Shown here in pieces: positions 52,383 through 63,685 of a stretch of DNA of 64,000 nucleotides. Below the pieces are notes generated by a model that saw nothing but the letters and a program-made list of their open reading frames with translations, was not told where the DNA came from and searched no databases. Where the stretch lies: assembly GCA_018242425.1 (NCBI GenBank), contig JAFEBX010000004.1:223032-287031 (forward strand), given 5' to 3'. A program made the translations under genes and the position numbers. Position 1 is the first letter of the stretch. Each line of letters begins with the position of its first letter. The stretch is from Pseudomonadota bacterium (lineage in GTDB: Bacteria > Pseudomonadota > Gammaproteobacteria > Xanthomonadales > Xanthomonadaceae).

Positions 52383-52900
52383 TTCAGGCTCCTCGCCGTG
52401 AACTTGCGATCGCTCTTGCGCCAACCCGCAGCGATCGCCCAGATGCCCAGCCCGATGAACCAGAGCGCGCACCACGCCGGCATCGTCAGGCCAAGGAACG
52501 ACCAGTTGATGTTGCTGCAATCGCCACTGGCGGTCAGGACCTTACGCAGCACGCTCTGGACCGGCATCATCTCGAGCATGAAGGACATCGGCGAACCGCA
52601 GCCGGCCATCGGCGGCGGGAAGTACTGCACCCAGGCATGGCGCAACGCCACGCCGGCGCCCGCGATCGCCGGGATCAATGCCAGCACGACCAGCCACTTG
52701 CGCGCGGACGTCGATTTCGGCGCGATCAGGCCGCCAATCAGGAATACCGCGCCAAGCGCCCCGAACGCGATGCGCTGCAGGATGCAGAAATTGCACGGCA
52801 GGATCCCGAGGCTGAACTGCACGTAGAAGGCGTAACCCAGCAGTCCCGCGCAGGCGAGAAAACCGGTCAGGAAACGGGCGCGGAAGCTTTTCGGGATCAT
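52379..52900 (-). CDS. dsbB: Disulfide bond formation protein B
   Basis: PCNFCILQR (CxxC), second cysteine pair, four TM segments. Confidence 0.92.
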   Translation of the reverse strand: MIPKSFRARFLTGFLACAGLLGYAFYVQFSLGILPCNFCILQRIAFGALGAVFLIGGLIAPKSTSARKWLVVLALIPAIAGAGVALRHAWVQYFPPPMAGCGSPMSFMLEMMPVQSVLRKVLTASGDCSNINWSFLGLTMPAWCALWFIGLGIWAIAAGWRKSDRKFTARSLK

Positions 52901-52914
52901 CCTTGCACCATAAC

Positions 52915-52944
52915 AAAAAACCCCGGCGAATCGCCGGGGTTTTT
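52915..52944 (-). terminator. Terminator of the alpha operon
   Basis: CCCCGGCG / CGCCGGGG stem with flanking A and T runs, downstream of rplQ. Confidence 0.88.
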
Positions 52945-52972
52945 CCTATTCATTTGGTTGCAGCTGCAACGC

Positions 52973-53344
52973 TCAGCCGAGGTCGACCGGGCGATCCACC
53001 AGCTCGACGTACGCCATCGGCGCGTTGTCGCCAGCGCGGAAGCCGCACTTGAGGATGCGGATGTAGCCACCCGGGCGCGTCGCGTAGCGCGGACCGAGCA
53101 CGGTGAACAGCGTGCCGACGGCTTCCTTGTCGCGCAGGCGCGCGAACGCAAGGCGGCGGTTGGCGACGCCGTCGGTCTTGGCGAGCGTGATCAGCGGCTC
53201 GGCGACGCGGCGCAGTTCCTTGGCCTTCGGCAAGGTGGTCTTGATGAGTTCGTGCTTGATCAGCGAGGCAGCCATGTTCTTGAACATCGCTTCGCGGTGG
53301 GCACTGGTGCGGCTGAACTTGCGGCCGGATTTCTGGTGACGCAT
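52973..53344 (-). CDS. rplQ: 50S ribosomal protein L17
   Basis: [17 protein letters not shown]...RPGGYIRI. Confidence 0.98.
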   Translation of the reverse strand: MRHQKSGRKFSRTSAHREAMFKNMAASLIKHELIKTTLPKAKELRRVAEPLITLAKTDGVANRRLAFARLRDKEAVGTLFTVLGPRYATRPGGYIRILKCGFRAGDNAPMAYVELVDRPVDLG

Positions 53345-53530
53345 GGTCGTGGTTCCTGATGAATGTCGGGTCGTTGTGGATCGCTGTCGCCTTCCTGGCG
53401 TTGTTGCATGGACTGCGGTTGGTCCGGTGCCGGCGTCCCTTGCCGGTCGTGCCGCGGGTTGGACCCGTCGGCGGGGTGTTACTTGAACAAACCAGCGATC
53501 CGGCCCTGGAGCCGGATCGCTTCGTCTTGC

Positions 53531-54529
53531 TTAGCCCAGCATGCCGTGGGCGGCAACACCGGCCGGCGGCCAGTGGTCGACCTTCATGCCGAGGGCGAGG
53601 CCGCGCTGCGCGAGCACGTCCTTGATCTCGGTCAGCGACTTCTTGCCGAGGTTCGGGGTCTTGAGCAGCTCGACTTCGGTCTTCTGGATCAGATCACCGA
53701 TGTAGTAGATGCTCTCGGCCTTCAGGCAGTTGGCCGAACGCACGGTCAGCTCGAGATCGTCGATCGGACGCATCAGCAGCGGATCGACGCCGTTCGGGCT
53801 CTTCTGCGCGGCGCTGGCGTGCTTCGGCGTGAAGTCGCCGAACACCGACAGCTGGTCGGTCAGGATGTTGGCCGCGGTGCGGACCGCTTCCTCGGCGTCG
53901 ATGGTGCCGTTGGTTTCGATGTCCAGCACCAGCTTGTCGAGGTTGGTGCGCTGTTCGACGCGCGCGGCTTCCACCGCGTAGGCGACCTTGCGCACCGGCG
54001 AGAACGAGGCATCCAGCATCAGGCGGCCGATGGTCGAGGTTTCCTCGTCCGGACGGCGACGGGCGGCGGCCGGCTGGTAGCCGAAACCGCGCTCGACCTT
54101 GAGCTGCATGTTGATCGCCGCATCCTTGGTCAGGGTGCAGATCACGTGGTCGGGGTTCAGCACCTCGACGTTGTGGTCGACCTTGATGTCGGCAGCGGTG
54201 ACCACGGCCGGACCCTGCTTCTGCAGGACCAGCATGGCGCTATCGCCGCTGTGCATGCGCAGGGCCACGTCCTTGAGGTTCAACAACACCTCGAGCACGT
54301 CTTCCTGCAGGCCTTCGATGGTGCTGTACTCGTGCACCACGCCGTCGATGCTGACCTCGGTCACGGCGAAGCCGGGGATCGAGGACAACAGCACGCGACG
54401 CAGGGCGTTGCCGAGGGTATGGCCGTAGCCGCGTTCCAGCGGTTCGATCACCACCTTCGCGCGAAGATCGGTGATGCGCTCGATTTGCGGAGCGCGCGGA
54501 CGCAGAACCTGATTGGCAGTTACCGTCAT
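53531..54529 (-). CDS. rpoA: RNA polymerase alpha subunit
   Basis: [38 protein letters not shown]; start at ATG 54529. Confidence 0.98.
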   Translation of the reverse strand: MTVTANQVLRPRAPQIERITDLRAKVVIEPLERGYGHTLGNALRRVLLSSIPGFAVTEVSIDGVVHEYSTIEGLQEDVLEVLLNLKDVALRMHSGDSAMLVLQKQGPAVVTAADIKVDHNVEVLNPDHVICTLTKDAAINMQLKVERGFGYQPAAARRRPDEETSTIGRLMLDASFSPVRKVAYAVEAARVEQRTNLDKLVLDIETNGTIDAEEAVRTAANILTDQLSVFGDFTPKHASAAQKSPNGVDPLLMRPIDDLELTVRSANCLKAESIYYIGDLIQKTEVELLKTPNLGKKSLTEIKDVLAQRGLALGMKVDHWPPAGVAAHGMLG

Positions 54530-54586
54530 GTATGGCGTCTCCTGATGCACCCGGTTCATGACGCCGGGTGCGTGTCGCAAAGAAAA

Positions 54587-55216
54587 TTACTTCGAGTACA
54601 ACTCGACGATCAGCGCCTCGTTGATGTCGGCCGGCAGGTCGCCGCGATCCGGCACCGCCTTGAACACGCCCGAGAACTTGCCGGCGTCGACGTCGACCCA
54701 CGACGGCTTCAGATCCATCTGCTGCGACAGCGTCAGGGCTTCCTGGACGCGGAGCTGCTTCTGGGCACGCTCGGACAGCGCGATGGCGTCACCGGCCTTG
54801 ACCTGGTACGACGGCAGGTTCACGTACTTGCCGTTCACCAGGATGCCGCGGTGGGACACCAGCTGGCGGGCCGAGGCACGCGTCACTGCGAAACCCATGC
54901 GGAACACCACGTTGTCGAGGCGGGTCTCGAGGAGCTGCAGCAGGTTTTCACCCGTGTTGCCCTTCTTGTTCGAGGCCTTCTTGTAGTAGTTGCGGAACTG
55001 GCGTTCCAGCAGACCGTAGATACGCTTGACCTTCTGCTTTTCACGCAGCTGGGTGGCGTAGTCGGAGAGCTTGCCCTTGCGCGCGGTGGCGCCGTGCTGG
55101 CCGGGCTTCTGCTCCAGCTTGCACTTGGAATCCAGCGCACGCGCCGGGCTCTTGAGGGACAGGTCGGCGCCTTCGCGGCGCGCGAGCTTACAGGTGGGAC
55201 CAATATAACGAGCCAT
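54587..55216 (-). CDS. rpsD: 30S ribosomal protein S4
   Basis: [15 protein letters not shown]...LIVELYSK. Confidence 0.98.
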   Translation of the reverse strand: MARYIGPTCKLARREGADLSLKSPARALDSKCKLEQKPGQHGATARKGKLSDYATQLREKQKVKRIYGLLERQFRNYYKKASNKKGNTGENLLQLLETRLDNVVFRMGFAVTRASARQLVSHRGILVNGKYVNLPSYQVKAGDAIALSERAQKQLRVQEALTLSQQMDLKPSWVDVDAGKFSGVFKAVPDRGDLPADINEALIVELYSK

Positions 55217-55230
55217 GTTCTCTCAGCTCC

Positions 55231-55626
55231 TCAGACGCGGCGCTTTTTGGGCGGACGGCACCCGTTGTGCGGGATTGGCGTCACGTCGGTGATGTTCAGG
55301 ATCTTGTAACCGACGTTGTTCAGAGAACGGACGGCGGACTCACGGCCCGGACCCGGGCCCTTGATGCGGACTTCCAACGCCTTCACGCCGTAGTCGAGCG
55401 CGGCCTTGCCAGCCTTCTCGGCGGCGACCTGCGCAGCGAACGGGGTGGACTTGCGCGAGCCGCGGAAACCCGCGCCACCCGAAGTCGCCCAGCTCAGTGC
55501 GTTGCCCTGGCGGTCGGTGATGGTGATGATCGTGTTGTTGAAAGAAGCGTGGACGTGCGCGATGCCGTCGGTGACGACGCGCTTGACCTTCTTCTTGGTC
55601 TTGGTGGCAGCTGCCGGCTTGGCCAT
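55231..55626 (-). CDS. rpsK: 30S ribosomal protein S11
   Basis: [32 protein letters not shown]. Confidence 0.98.
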   Translation of the reverse strand: MAKPAAATKTKKKVKRVVTDGIAHVHASFNNTIITITDRQGNALSWATSGGAGFRGSRKSTPFAAQVAAEKAGKAALDYGVKALEVRIKGPGPGRESAVRSLNNVGYKILNITDVTPIPHNGCRPPKKRRV

Positions 55627-55638
55627 GGTCTGGATTCC

Positions 55639-55995
55639 TTACTTCTTGATGGCCTTGCGCGGACCCTTGCGGGTACGAGCATTGGTCCGGGTGCGCTGGC
55701 CACGCAGCGGCAGGCCGCGACGATGGCGCAGGCCGCGATAGCTGCCCAGGTCCATCAGGCGCTTGATCGCCATGCCGATCTCGCGACGCAGGTCGCCTTC
55801 CACGACGAACTTGCCGATTTCGGAGCGCAAGCGCTCGACTTCCGGCTCGGACAGGTCGCGGATCTTGGTGGAACGATCCACGCCGGCCGTGTCACAGACC
55901 TGCTTGGAACGGGTACGGCCGATGCCGTAGATGCTTTGCAGCCCGACCCAGACATGCTTCTGGGCAGGCAGGTTGACGCCCGCAATACGCGCCAT
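55639..55995 (-). CDS. rpsM: 30S ribosomal protein S13
   Basis: [10 protein letters not shown]...[14 protein letters not shown]. Confidence 0.98.
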   Translation of the reverse strand: MARIAGVNLPAQKHVWVGLQSIYGIGRTRSKQVCDTAGVDRSTKIRDLSEPEVERLRSEIGKFVVEGDLRREIGMAIKRLMDLGSYRGLRHRRGLPLRGQRTRTNARTRKGPRKAIKK

Positions 55996-56056
55996 AGTGG
56001 CGGTTCTCCGACTGTTGATGGGCCCGATTCAGGGAATCCGGCCAGGGAAACGTGAA

Positions 56057-56065
56057 ATTGTAGCA
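56057..56065 (-). promoter_or_regulatory. Extended -10 element, probable alpha operon promoter
   Basis: TG-C-TACAAT about 60 nt upstream of rpsM. Confidence 0.55.
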
Positions 56066-56368
56066 ACTTCCCGCTATTCATGGAAGGCGCCGATCTTCTG
56101 ACGACTCCGGCATGGGGAGTGTGCCCATGCTCCGGCGAACGGTTCCGCAGCCAGCCACCGGGTTGCCCCGATGCGGCGCGCGCTACTCTGGCGCGCGCAT
56201 TCTGCTGATCCACTCGTGTGCGGGAAGGCCTCACGAGTCGCCCAACGTGCCGGTGGGAGCGCAATGTCCCGGCCGGCGGATTGCTTCGCGGCCCTGCCCT
56301 TATCAGGCGCTGGGCCGCTGGCTTGGTCTGTTCGACCAAGCCGGGGATTATGCCACAGAACCGGACGC

Positions 56369-57718
56369 TTAGCGCCCGCGTCCCTTCAAATTCGCCTTCT
56401 TGAGCAGGCTGCCGTACTGGTGCGACATCAGGTGCGCCTGGACTTGCGCGATGAAGTCCATCACCACCACCACCACGATCAGCAGCGACGTGCCGCCGAA
56501 GTAGAACGAGGTGCCCAGCTTGGTGCGCATGATTTCCGGCAGCAGGCAGACCACCGCCAGGTAGATCGCACCGACCAGGGTCAGGCGGGTCAGCACGCCA
56601 TCCACGTATTCCGCGGTGGCACGGCCCGGACGGATGCCCGGGATCAGGGCGCCCGACTTCTTGAGGTTGTCGGCCGTCTCCTGCGAGTTGAACACCAGCG
56701 CCGTGTAGAAGAACGCGAAGCCGACGATCATCACCGTGAAAATGATCATGTGCAGCGGCTGGCCCGGGGACAGCGCCTGGCCCACGCGTTGCAGCCACTG
56801 CGTCGCGGCCGAACCGTTGCTGCCGAACCACTGCGCGGCGGTTGCCGGGAACATGATGATCGAGCTCGCGAAGATCGGCGGGATCACGCCCGACATGTTG
56901 AGCTTCAGCGGCAGGAACGACGACTGGTTCATGTACGCGCTGCGGCCACCCTGGCGACGCGCGTAATTGACCGTGATCCGGCGCTGCCCGCTTTCGACGA
57001 ACACCACGAGGTAGGTGAAGCCGATCACGAGTGCCGCGATCAGGATCAACTGGATCAGGTTGAGGTCGCCATTGCGCAGCGAGGTGAAGGTGTTGATCAC
57101 CGCACCCGGCAGGCCCGCGACGATACCCGCGAAGATGATCAGCGACACGCCGTTGCCGACGCCGCGCTCGGTCATCTGTTCGCCCAGCCACATCAGGAAC
57201 ATGGTGCCGGCGGTCAGCGCGACCACTGCGGTCAGGATGAAGGCCGGGCCCGGGTGGTAGACCACCTGGATACCGTTCTGTGCGCCCGAAGCCTGCAGCG
57301 CCGTGGCGATGCCGAATGCCTGGAAGACCGCCAGCGGCACCGCGCCAACGCGCGACCACTGGTTGATCTTGCGGCGACCGGACTCGCCTTCCTTCTGGAT
57401 CGCCTTCAGGCTCGGGAAGATCTGCGTGCACAGCTGCACGATGATCGACGCCGAGATGTAGGGCATCACGTTCAGTGCGAGCACGCTGAAACGCTGCAGC
57501 GCGCCGCCCGAGAACATGTTGAACATGTCGACGATGGTGCCCTTCTGGGAATCCATCAGCTGGACCATCGCCTGCGGGTTCACGCCCGGCACCGGGATGT
57601 AGCACCCGATGCGGTAGACGATCAACGCACCAATGACGAACAGCAGGCGCTGGCGGAGCTCGGTGAACTGACCGAGACCGCCGCCGAGGCCTGCTACCGC
57701 GTTGCCGGGTCGCGACAT
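56369..57718 (-). CDS. secY: Preprotein translocase subunit SecY
   Basis: [36 protein letters not shown]; start at ATG 57718. Confidence 0.98.
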   Translation of the reverse strand: MSRPGNAVAGLGGGLGQFTELRQRLLFVIGALIVYRIGCYIPVPGVNPQAMVQLMDSQKGTIVDMFNMFSGGALQRFSVLALNVMPYISASIIVQLCTQIFPSLKAIQKEGESGRRKINQWSRVGAVPLAVFQAFGIATALQASGAQNGIQVVYHPGPAFILTAVVALTAGTMFLMWLGEQMTERGVGNGVSLIIFAGIVAGLPGAVINTFTSLRNGDLNLIQLILIAALVIGFTYLVVFVESGQRRITVNYARRQGGRSAYMNQSSFLPLKLNMSGVIPPIFASSIIMFPATAAQWFGSNGSAATQWLQRVGQALSPGQPLHMIIFTVMIVGFAFFYTALVFNSQETADNLKKSGALIPGIRPGRATAEYVDGVLTRLTLVGAIYLAVVCLLPEIMRTKLGTSFYFGGTSLLIVVVVVMDFIAQVQAHLMSHQYGSLLKKANLKGRGR

Positions 57719-57725
57719 GCGGGGA

Positions 57726-58163
57726 TTACTCCTCGAACTTGCCGCCGGCGGCTTCGACTGCCGCCTTGGCACCGGCGGTCGCAGCGATGCCCTTCAGCAC
57801 GAAAGCCTTGGAGACTTCGCCCTTCTTGACCAGCTTGGCCTTCTTCGCGGTGCTCGGCACCAGGCCGGCAGCGCGCAGCGCGGCGAAGTCGACCGTGCCG
57901 GCTTCGAGCAGCTCGAGCTGGTACAGCATCACTTCGGCGGTGTCCTTGGACAGCTTCGAGCGGAAGCCGATCTTCGGCAGGCGCATCATCATCGGCATCT
58001 GGCCGCCTTCGAAGCCGGCCTTGATCTTGCCCTTGCCCGCGCGGGCGAACGAACCCTTGTGGCCGCGGCCGGCGGTCTTGCCGAGGCCGGAGCCGATGCC
58101 GCGACCGACGCGCTTCGGCTCGGTGCGGGCGCCGTCGGCGCGCTTGATGGTGTTGAGCTTCAT
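57726..58163 (-). CDS. rplO: 50S ribosomal protein L15
   Basis: [28 protein letters not shown]. Confidence 0.98.
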   Translation of the reverse strand: MKLNTIKRADGARTEPKRVGRGIGSGLGKTAGRGHKGSFARAGKGKIKAGFEGGQMPMMMRLPKIGFRSKLSKDTAEVMLYQLELLEAGTVDFAALRAAGLVPSTAKKAKLVKKGEVSKAFVLKGIAATAGAKAAVEAAGGKFEE

Positions 58164-58167
58164 GTGA

Positions 58168-58365
58168 TTATTCCTCCACCCGGACCAGGTAGTAGACCTT
58201 GTTGATCAGGCCACGGACCTGCGGGCTATCCTTCAGTTCGCGCACGTCATTGAGCTTGTTGAGGCCCAGCGCACGCACGGAGAGGCGGTGCTTCGCCTGC
58301 GTACCACGCAGGCCCTTCACCAGCCGCACCTTGACGGTGCCGTTGTTCGACTTAGTTGCCGACAT
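58168..58365 (-). CDS. rpmD: 50S ribosomal protein L30
   Basis: [11 protein letters not shown]...[16 protein letters not shown]; start at ATG 58365. Confidence 0.95.
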   Translation of the reverse strand: MSATKSNNGTVKVRLVKGLRGTQAKHRLSVRALGLNKLNDVRELKDSPQVRGLINKVYYLVRVEE

Positions 58366-58915
58366 GGAAGATCTCCTCGACCGACTTGCCACGCTTGGCG
58401 GCAATGTTGGAGGGCGAATGCATCTGCACCAGGCCCTTCAGGGTGGCGCGGACCAGGTTGATCGGGTTGCGCGAACCGGTGGCCTTGGCCAGCACGTTCT
58501 TCACGCCAACCGCTTCCAGCACGGCGCGCATCGCGCCGCCGGCGATCACGCCGGTACCTTCGGACGCCGGCTGCATGAACACGCGAGCCGCGCCATGGCC
58601 GGACTTGACCTGGTGCCAGAGGGTGCCGTTGTTGAGGTCGACCGTCTTCATGGTCTTGCGGGCCTGCTCCATCGACTTCTGGATGGCAACCGGCACTTCG
58701 CGCGCCTTGCCATAACCGAAGCCGACCTTGCCGGCGCCGTCACCGACCACGGTGAGCGCGGTGAAGGTGAACTGGCGACCGCCCTTGACCGTCTTGCTGA
58801 CGCGGTTGACCGCGACCAGCTTCTCGATCATGCCGTCATCGTATTCCTCGCGCGGGGCGCGATCGTTGCGATCGCGGCCACGGGGCTCGCGCTGTTCGCG
58901 TTGTTCGTTGGCCAT
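58352..58915 (-). CDS. rpsE: 30S ribosomal protein S5
   Basis: [31 protein letters not shown]. Confidence 0.98.
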   Translation of the reverse strand: MANEQREQREPRGRDRNDRAPREEYDDGMIEKLVAVNRVSKTVKGGRQFTFTALTVVGDGAGKVGFGYGKAREVPVAIQKSMEQARKTMKTVDLNNGTLWHQVKSGHGAARVFMQPASEGTGVIAGGAMRAVLEAVGVKNVLAKATGSRNPINLVRATLKGLVQMHSPSNIAAKRGKSVEEIFHVGN

Positions 58916-59050
58916 GTAACTTGTTCCTGTGTGATTAGGGATGTACGGCCTCGTGGCCGCTTGGAGTTGTGGTCTGGAGCGGGCGATTCAAGGCCTCCGC
59001 AACCGGAAGCCCAGCCCGGCGCGCACTCCGCGCCGGCGAGTGGAACGAAA

Positions 59051-59404
59051 TCAGAACTGCAGGCCGCCTTCGCGGGCTGCATCGGCCAGGGCCTTGATGC
59101 GACCGTGGTAGCGGTAGCCTGAACGGTCGAACGCGACCTTCTCGACACCGGCGGCCTTGGCGCGCTCGGCGATCATCTTGCCGACGCGAGCGGCGGCTTC
59201 GATGTTCTTGCCTGACTTGAGGTCGCCACGGACGTCGTCCTGGGTGGTCGAGGCGGCAGCCAGGACCTTGGAACCGTCGGCGGTGAACAGCTGCGCGTAC
59301 AGGTGCTGGCCGGTGCGCAGCACCGACAGGCGCGGCACGCCGAGCTTCTTGATCTGCGCGCGGGTGGACTTGGCGCGGCGGAGACGAGCGATTTTCTTCA
59401 ACAT
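59051..59404 (-). CDS. rplR: 50S ribosomal protein L18
   Basis: [26 protein letters not shown]. Confidence 0.98.
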   Translation of the reverse strand: MLKKIARLRRAKSTRAQIKKLGVPRLSVLRTGQHLYAQLFTADGSKVLAAASTTQDDVRGDLKSGKNIEAAARVGKMIAERAKAAGVEKVAFDRSGYRYHGRIKALADAAREGGLQF

Positions 59405-59451
59405 GATGGTTCTCTCCCGAAAGCGGATCGACGCGGAGATCCTTGTTAGGA

Positions 59452-59979
59452 TCAGGCCTTCTTGGCTTCCTTGCGGATGATGGTTTCGTCGGAGTACTTC
59501 ACGCCCTTGCCCTTGTAGGGTTCCGGCGGACGGTAACCGCGAATCTTGGCGGCGACTTCACCGACGCGCTGCTTGTCCGCGCCCGTGACCACGATTTCGG
59601 TCTGGGTCGGAGTGGCGATGGTGATGCCTTCCGGCGCCACGAACACCACCGGGTGCGAGAAGCCCAGCGACAGGCTGAGGTCCTTGCCCTGCATGGCGGC
59701 GCGGTAACCGACGCCGACCAGTTCAAGCTTGCGGGTGAACCCTTCGGACACGCCGGTGACCATGTTGGCCAGGATGGCGCGGATGGTGCCGGTCAGGGCG
59801 ACCTTCGACGGATCATTGGCGGCGAGCTGGGCAACACCGTTCTCGACCGTCAACGCAACGCCTTCCGGCTGCACGATGGTGAGGGTGCCCTTCGGGCCCT
59901 TGGCCTCGATCTGGCCGTTCTGGGTCTTGATCTCCACGCCCTTGGGCAGGGTGATCGGCTTTTTGGCGACTCGGGACAT
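59452..59979 (-). CDS. rplF: 50S ribosomal protein L6
   Basis: MSRVAKKPI...[13 protein letters not shown]; start at ATG 59979. Confidence 0.98.
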   Translation of the reverse strand: MSRVAKKPITLPKGVEIKTQNGQIEAKGPKGTLTIVQPEGVALTVENGVAQLAANDPSKVALTGTIRAILANMVTGVSEGFTRKLELVGVGYRAAMQGKDLSLSLGFSHPVVFVAPEGITIATPTQTEIVVTGADKQRVGEVAAKIRGYRPPEPYKGKGVKYSDETIIRKEAKKA

Positions 59980-59993
59980 GGTGCGCTCCTGGA

Positions 59994-60392
59994 TCAGGCC
60001 ACGAAGCACAGGACTTCACCGCCGACGCCCTGATGGCGCGCCTGCGAGTCGGTCATGATGCCCTTGGAGGTGGAAACGATGGCGATGCCGAGTCCGCCCA
60101 GCACCTTCGGCAGCGCGTGCTTGCTGCGGTACTGGCGCAGGCCGGAGCGCGAAACGCGCTGCAGCTTCTCGATCACCGGCTTGCCTTCGAAGTACTTGAG
60201 CTGGACTTCCAGCTCGGCCTTGCCGCCGCCGAGGTCGGTGACGCGCAGGTCGCTGATGTAGCCTTCGGCCTTCAGCACGTTGGCGATCGCAACCTTGATC
60301 TTGGAGGACGGCATCTTCACCGTCGGCTTGCCCACAGCGGCCGCATTCTTGATGCGGACCAGCATGTCGGCGATGGGATCAGTCATGCTCAT
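59994..60392 (-). CDS. rpsH: 30S ribosomal protein S8
   Basis: MTDPIADML...STSKGIMT. Confidence 0.98.
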   Translation of the reverse strand: MSMTDPIADMLVRIKNAAAVGKPTVKMPSSKIKVAIANVLKAEGYISDLRVTDLGGGKAELEVQLKYFEGKPVIEKLQRVSRSGLRQYRSKHALPKVLGGLGIAIVSTSKGIMTDSQARHQGVGGEVLCFVA

Positions 60393-60460
60393 TGAGTCAT
60401 TACCTTATGAGTATCGATATCCGCTTTCGCGAATGGAATCGGAAATTATAACTTGTTTGC

Positions 60461-60766
60461 TTACCACGAAGCCTTGCGCAGGCCCGGGACGTCGCCACGC
60501 ATGGTGGCTTCGCGCAGCTTGTTGCGGCCGAGGCCGAACTTGCTGTACACGCCCTTCGGACGACCCGTCAGCACGCAACGGCTGACCTGGCGGGAAGGCG
60601 ACGAATCGCGCGGCAGCTTCTGGAGCTTGGTCGCGGCGTCCATCTTCTCCTCGTAGGAGGCGTCCTGGCTGGAGATGATCTTCTTCAGCGCGTCGCGCTT
60701 CGCAGCATGCTGCTTGGCGAGCTTAGCGCGCTTGACTTCGCGGTTGACCATTGAGGTCTTGGCCAT
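60461..60766 (-). CDS. rpsN: 30S ribosomal protein S14 (long, zinc-free type)
   Basis: [10 protein letters not shown]...LPRDSSP...PGLRKASW. Confidence 0.98.
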   Translation of the reverse strand: MAKTSMVNREVKRAKLAKQHAAKRDALKKIISSQDASYEEKMDAATKLQKLPRDSSPSRQVSRCVLTGRPKGVYSKFGLGRNKLREATMRGDVPGLRKASW

Positions 60767-60784
60767 GTCGATATGTCCTTGCGG

Positions 60785-61327
60785 TCAGTTGCGGAACGGG
60801 AAACGGAAGGCTTCGAGCAATGCCTTGGCTTCTTCGTTGGTCTTGGCGGTGGTCGTGATCGCGATGTCCATGCCGCGCAGCGCGTCAACCTGGTCGAAGT
60901 CGATCTCCGGGAAGATGATCTGTTCCTTCAGGCCCATGTTGTAGTTGCCGCGGCCGTCGAACGAACGACCCGAGACACCACGGAAGTCGCGCACGCGCGG
61001 CAGCGAGATGTTGATCAGGCGATCGAGGAACTCGTACATCTTGTTGCGACGCAGGGTCACCTTGCAGCCGATCGGCCAGCCGTCGCGGATCTTGAACGAG
61101 GCCACCGAGACGCGGGTCTTGGTGACGATCGGCTGCTGGCCGGTGATTTTGGCCAGGTCGGCCACGGCGTTTTCCAGCACCTTCTTGTTGGTCGCGGCTT
61201 CGCCGACGCCCATGTTGATGGTGATCTTCTGGATCTTCGGGACCTGCATCGGATTGGTGTAGCCAAAGCGCTTCATCAGCACCGGCACCACTTCTTCCTT
61301 GTAGATTTTTTCCAAACGAGTGTTCAT
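60785..61327 (-). CDS. rplE: 50S ribosomal protein L5
   Basis: [23 protein letters not shown]. Confidence 0.98.
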   Translation of the reverse strand: MNTRLEKIYKEEVVPVLMKRFGYTNPMQVPKIQKITINMGVGEAATNKKVLENAVADLAKITGQQPIVTKTRVSVASFKIRDGWPIGCKVTLRRNKMYEFLDRLINISLPRVRDFRGVSGRSFDGRGNYNMGLKEQIIFPEIDFDQVDALRGMDIAITTTAKTNEEAKALLEAFRFPFRN

Positions 61328-61338
61328 GTCTTTAGACC

Positions 61339-61650
61339 TCAGGCGTCAATCGCATCGCCGGAGCGGAACACACGCAGTTTGCGTCCATCCTCCAGCATCT
61401 TGATACCGACGCGCTCACCCTTGCCACTGGCCGGGTTGAACAGCATCACGTTGGAAATGTGGATCGAGGCTTCGCGCTCGACCACGCCGCCGGGCTGGCC
61501 GGCCTGCGGATTCGGCTTGGTGTGGCGCTTGACGACGTTGATGTTCGAAACGAACACGCGGTCGCCATCGACGCGCACGACGTCGCCCTTCTTGCCCTTG
61601 TCCTTGCCGGTGATGACGATCACCTGGTCGCCTTTCTTGATACGGTTCAT
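61339..61650 (-). CDS. rplX: 50S ribosomal protein L24
   Basis: [17 protein letters not shown] (KOW), EASIHISNV. Confidence 0.98.
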   Translation of the reverse strand: MNRIKKGDQVIVITGKDKGKKGDVVRVDGDRVFVSNINVVKRHTKPNPQAGQPGGVVEREASIHISNVMLFNPASGKGERVGIKMLEDGRKLRVFRSGDAIDA

Positions 61651-61663
61651 GGTGTCCTCCGGC

Positions 61664-62032
61664 TCACAGCACTTCAGGTGCGAGCGAAACGATCTTCATG
61701 AACTTCTCGGAGCGCAGTTCGCGCGTCACCGGCCCGAAAATGCGGGTGCCGATGGGTTCATGCTTGTTGTTCAGCAACACGGCGGCGTTGCCGTCGAAGC
61801 GGATCAGCGAACCGTCCGGGCGACGCACACCCTTGCGGGTACGCACGACCACGGCGTTGTAGACCTCGCCCTTCTTCACCTTGCCGCGCGGGATGGCGTC
61901 CTTGATCGACACCTTGATGATGTCGCCGATGCCGGCATAACGGCGCTTGGAACCTCCAAGCACCTTGATGCACATGACTTCCTTGGCACCGGAGTTGTCC
62001 GCGACATCGAGGTGGCTCTGCATCTGGATCAT
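61664..62032 (-). CDS. rplN: 50S ribosomal protein L14
   Basis: [22 protein letters not shown]. Confidence 0.98.
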   Translation of the reverse strand: MIQMQSHLDVADNSGAKEVMCIKVLGGSKRRYAGIGDIIKVSIKDAIPRGKVKKGEVYNAVVVRTRKGVRRPDGSLIRFDGNAAVLLNNKHEPIGTRIFGPVTRELRSEKFMKIVSLAPEVL

Positions 62033-62047
62033 GTCTTAAGCCTCCTC

Positions 62048-62317
62048 TTATTCGGCCGCGCGGGTGATGATTTCAACCACGCGCCAGTTCTTGGTCTTGG
62101 ACATCGGGGCACATTCGGCGACGCGCACCAAATCGCCTTCGTTACAGGCGTTGTCGGCGTCGTGGGCGTGCAGCTTGGTGGAGCGACGGATGTACTTGCC
62201 GTAGAGCGCGTGCTTGATCTGGCGCTCGACAAGCACGGTCACCGTCTTGTCCATCTTGTTGCTGACCACGCGGCCTTCGACCGTGTGCTGCTTTTTATCA
62301 GTGTTGTTCATGGTCAT
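62048..62317 (-). CDS. rpsQ: 30S ribosomal protein S17
   Basis: [22 protein letters not shown]. Confidence 0.97.
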   Translation of the reverse strand: MTMNNTDKKQHTVEGRVVSNKMDKTVTVLVERQIKHALYGKYIRRSTKLHAHDADNACNEGDLVRVAECAPMSKTKNWRVVEIITRAAE

Positions 62318-62325
62318 GTCCGTGA

Positions 62326-62517
62326 TTACTTCTTGGCCACGACGGACTGCTGCATCTTGGCGCGGGCGATTTCCCGGCGGACGCGGCGGATCTCGTGGGT
62401 CTTTTCCATTTGACCGGTCGCCTTCTGCATGCGCAGGGCGAACTGCTCCTTCTGGAGTTCGGTCACGTGGTTGGCCAGGTCCTTCTCGGACAACTGGCGG
62501 AGTTGCTTGATGTCCAT
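62326..62517 (-). CDS. rpmC: 50S ribosomal protein L29
   Basis: LRMQKATGQ...[10 protein letters not shown]. Confidence 0.95.
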   Translation of the reverse strand: MDIKQLRQLSEKDLANHVTELQKEQFALRMQKATGQMEKTHEIRRVRREIARAKMQQSVVAKK

Positions 62518-62930
62518 CAGCGCACCGTCCGGGTCACGAATTGGGTGGTCACCGAAAGCTTGGCAGCGGCCAGGCGGAACGCCTCGCGTGCGGTCGCTTC
62601 GTCGACGCCTTCGATTTCATAAATCATGCGGCCGGGCTGGATCTGCGCGACCCAGTACTCGACGTTGCCTTTGCCGGAGCCCATGCGGACTTCGATCGGC
62701 TTCTCGGTGATCGGCTTGTCGGGGAACACGCGGATCCACATCTTGCCGCCACGCTTGACGTAACGGCTGATGGCACGGCGGGCGGCCTCGATCTGGCGCG
62801 CGGTCAGGCGGCCGGTCTGCGTGGAACGCAGGCCGTACTCGCCGAACGACACGGCATTGGAACTCCAGGCCAGGCCTTCGTTACGGCCCTTGTGGAGCTT
62901 GCGGTATTTGGTTCGCTTGGGTTGCAGCAT
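62517..62930 (-). CDS. rplP: 50S ribosomal protein L16
   Basis: [18 protein letters not shown]. Confidence 0.98.
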   Translation of the reverse strand: MLQPKRTKYRKLHKGRNEGLAWSSNAVSFGEYGLRSTQTGRLTARQIEAARRAISRYVKRGGKMWIRVFPDKPITEKPIEVRMGSGKGNVEYWVAQIQPGRMIYEIEGVDEATAREAFRLAAAKLSVTTQFVTRTVR

Positions 62931-62933
62931 GGC

Positions 62934-63683
62934 TTAGCCCCTTGCCTCACGGTTGCCGCCATCGCGATCGCCGCGCGGCGCGCGCGGAGCGCGGGCCGGA
63001 CGGTCGCTGCGCTCATTGCGCGGCTCGTCGTTCTTCTCCTGGCCCACTTGCGCGAAATCGAACACTTCGCCCTTGTAGATCCAGACCTTGATGCCGATCA
63101 CGCCATAGGTGGTGTGTGCCTCGGCGAAACCGTAGTCGATGTCCGCACGCAGGGTGTGCAGCGGCACGCGGCCTTCGCGGTACCACTCCGAACGGGCGAT
63201 TTCAGCGCCGTTCAAGCGGCCAGCGACGTTGACCTTGATGCCCAGCGCGCCCAGGCGCATCGCGTTGCCGACCGAGCGCTTCATCGCGCGGCGGAACATG
63301 ATGCGGCGCTCGAGCTGCTGCGCGATCGACTCGGCGACCAGCTGCGCGTCGAGCTCCGGCTTGCGGACTTCGCTGACGTTGATGTGCGCCGGGACGCCCA
63401 TGACATCGGACACTTCCTTGCGGAGCTTCTCGATGTCTTCGCCGCGCTTGCCGATCACCACGCCCGGGCGGGCGGTGTAGATCGTCACGCGCGCCGACTT
63501 GGCCGGACGCTCGATCAGGATGCGGGAGATGCCGGCCTGCGCCAGCTTCTTGCGAAGCAGTTCGCGGACCTTGAGGTCACCGGCGAGGAAACCGGCGAAT
63601 TCCTTCTTGCCGGCATACCACTTGGAGTTCCAGTCCTTGGCGATGCCGAGGCGGATACCGACGGGATGAACTTTATGACCCAT
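62934..63683 (-). CDS. rpsC: 30S ribosomal protein S3
   Basis: [27 protein letters not shown]. Confidence 0.98.
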   Translation of the reverse strand: MGHKVHPVGIRLGIAKDWNSKWYAGKKEFAGFLAGDLKVRELLRKKLAQAGISRILIERPAKSARVTIYTARPGVVIGKRGEDIEKLRKEVSDVMGVPAHINVSEVRKPELDAQLVAESIAQQLERRIMFRRAMKRSVGNAMRLGALGIKVNVAGRLNGAEIARSEWYREGRVPLHTLRADIDYGFAEAHTTYGVIGIKVWIYKGEVFDFAQVGQEKNDEPRNERSDRPARAPRAPRGDRDGGNREARG

Positions 63684-63685
63684 GG

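Noticed and set aside
52379-52900. dsbB and DAHP synthase directly after the ribosomal operon
   Set aside because: As I recall, this order is ordinary in Xanthomonadales, and a strong terminator separates it from rplQ
56059-56065. TGTAGCA matching the islet-end motif
   Set aside because: It is the reverse complement of the extended -10 element upstream of rpsM; coincidental
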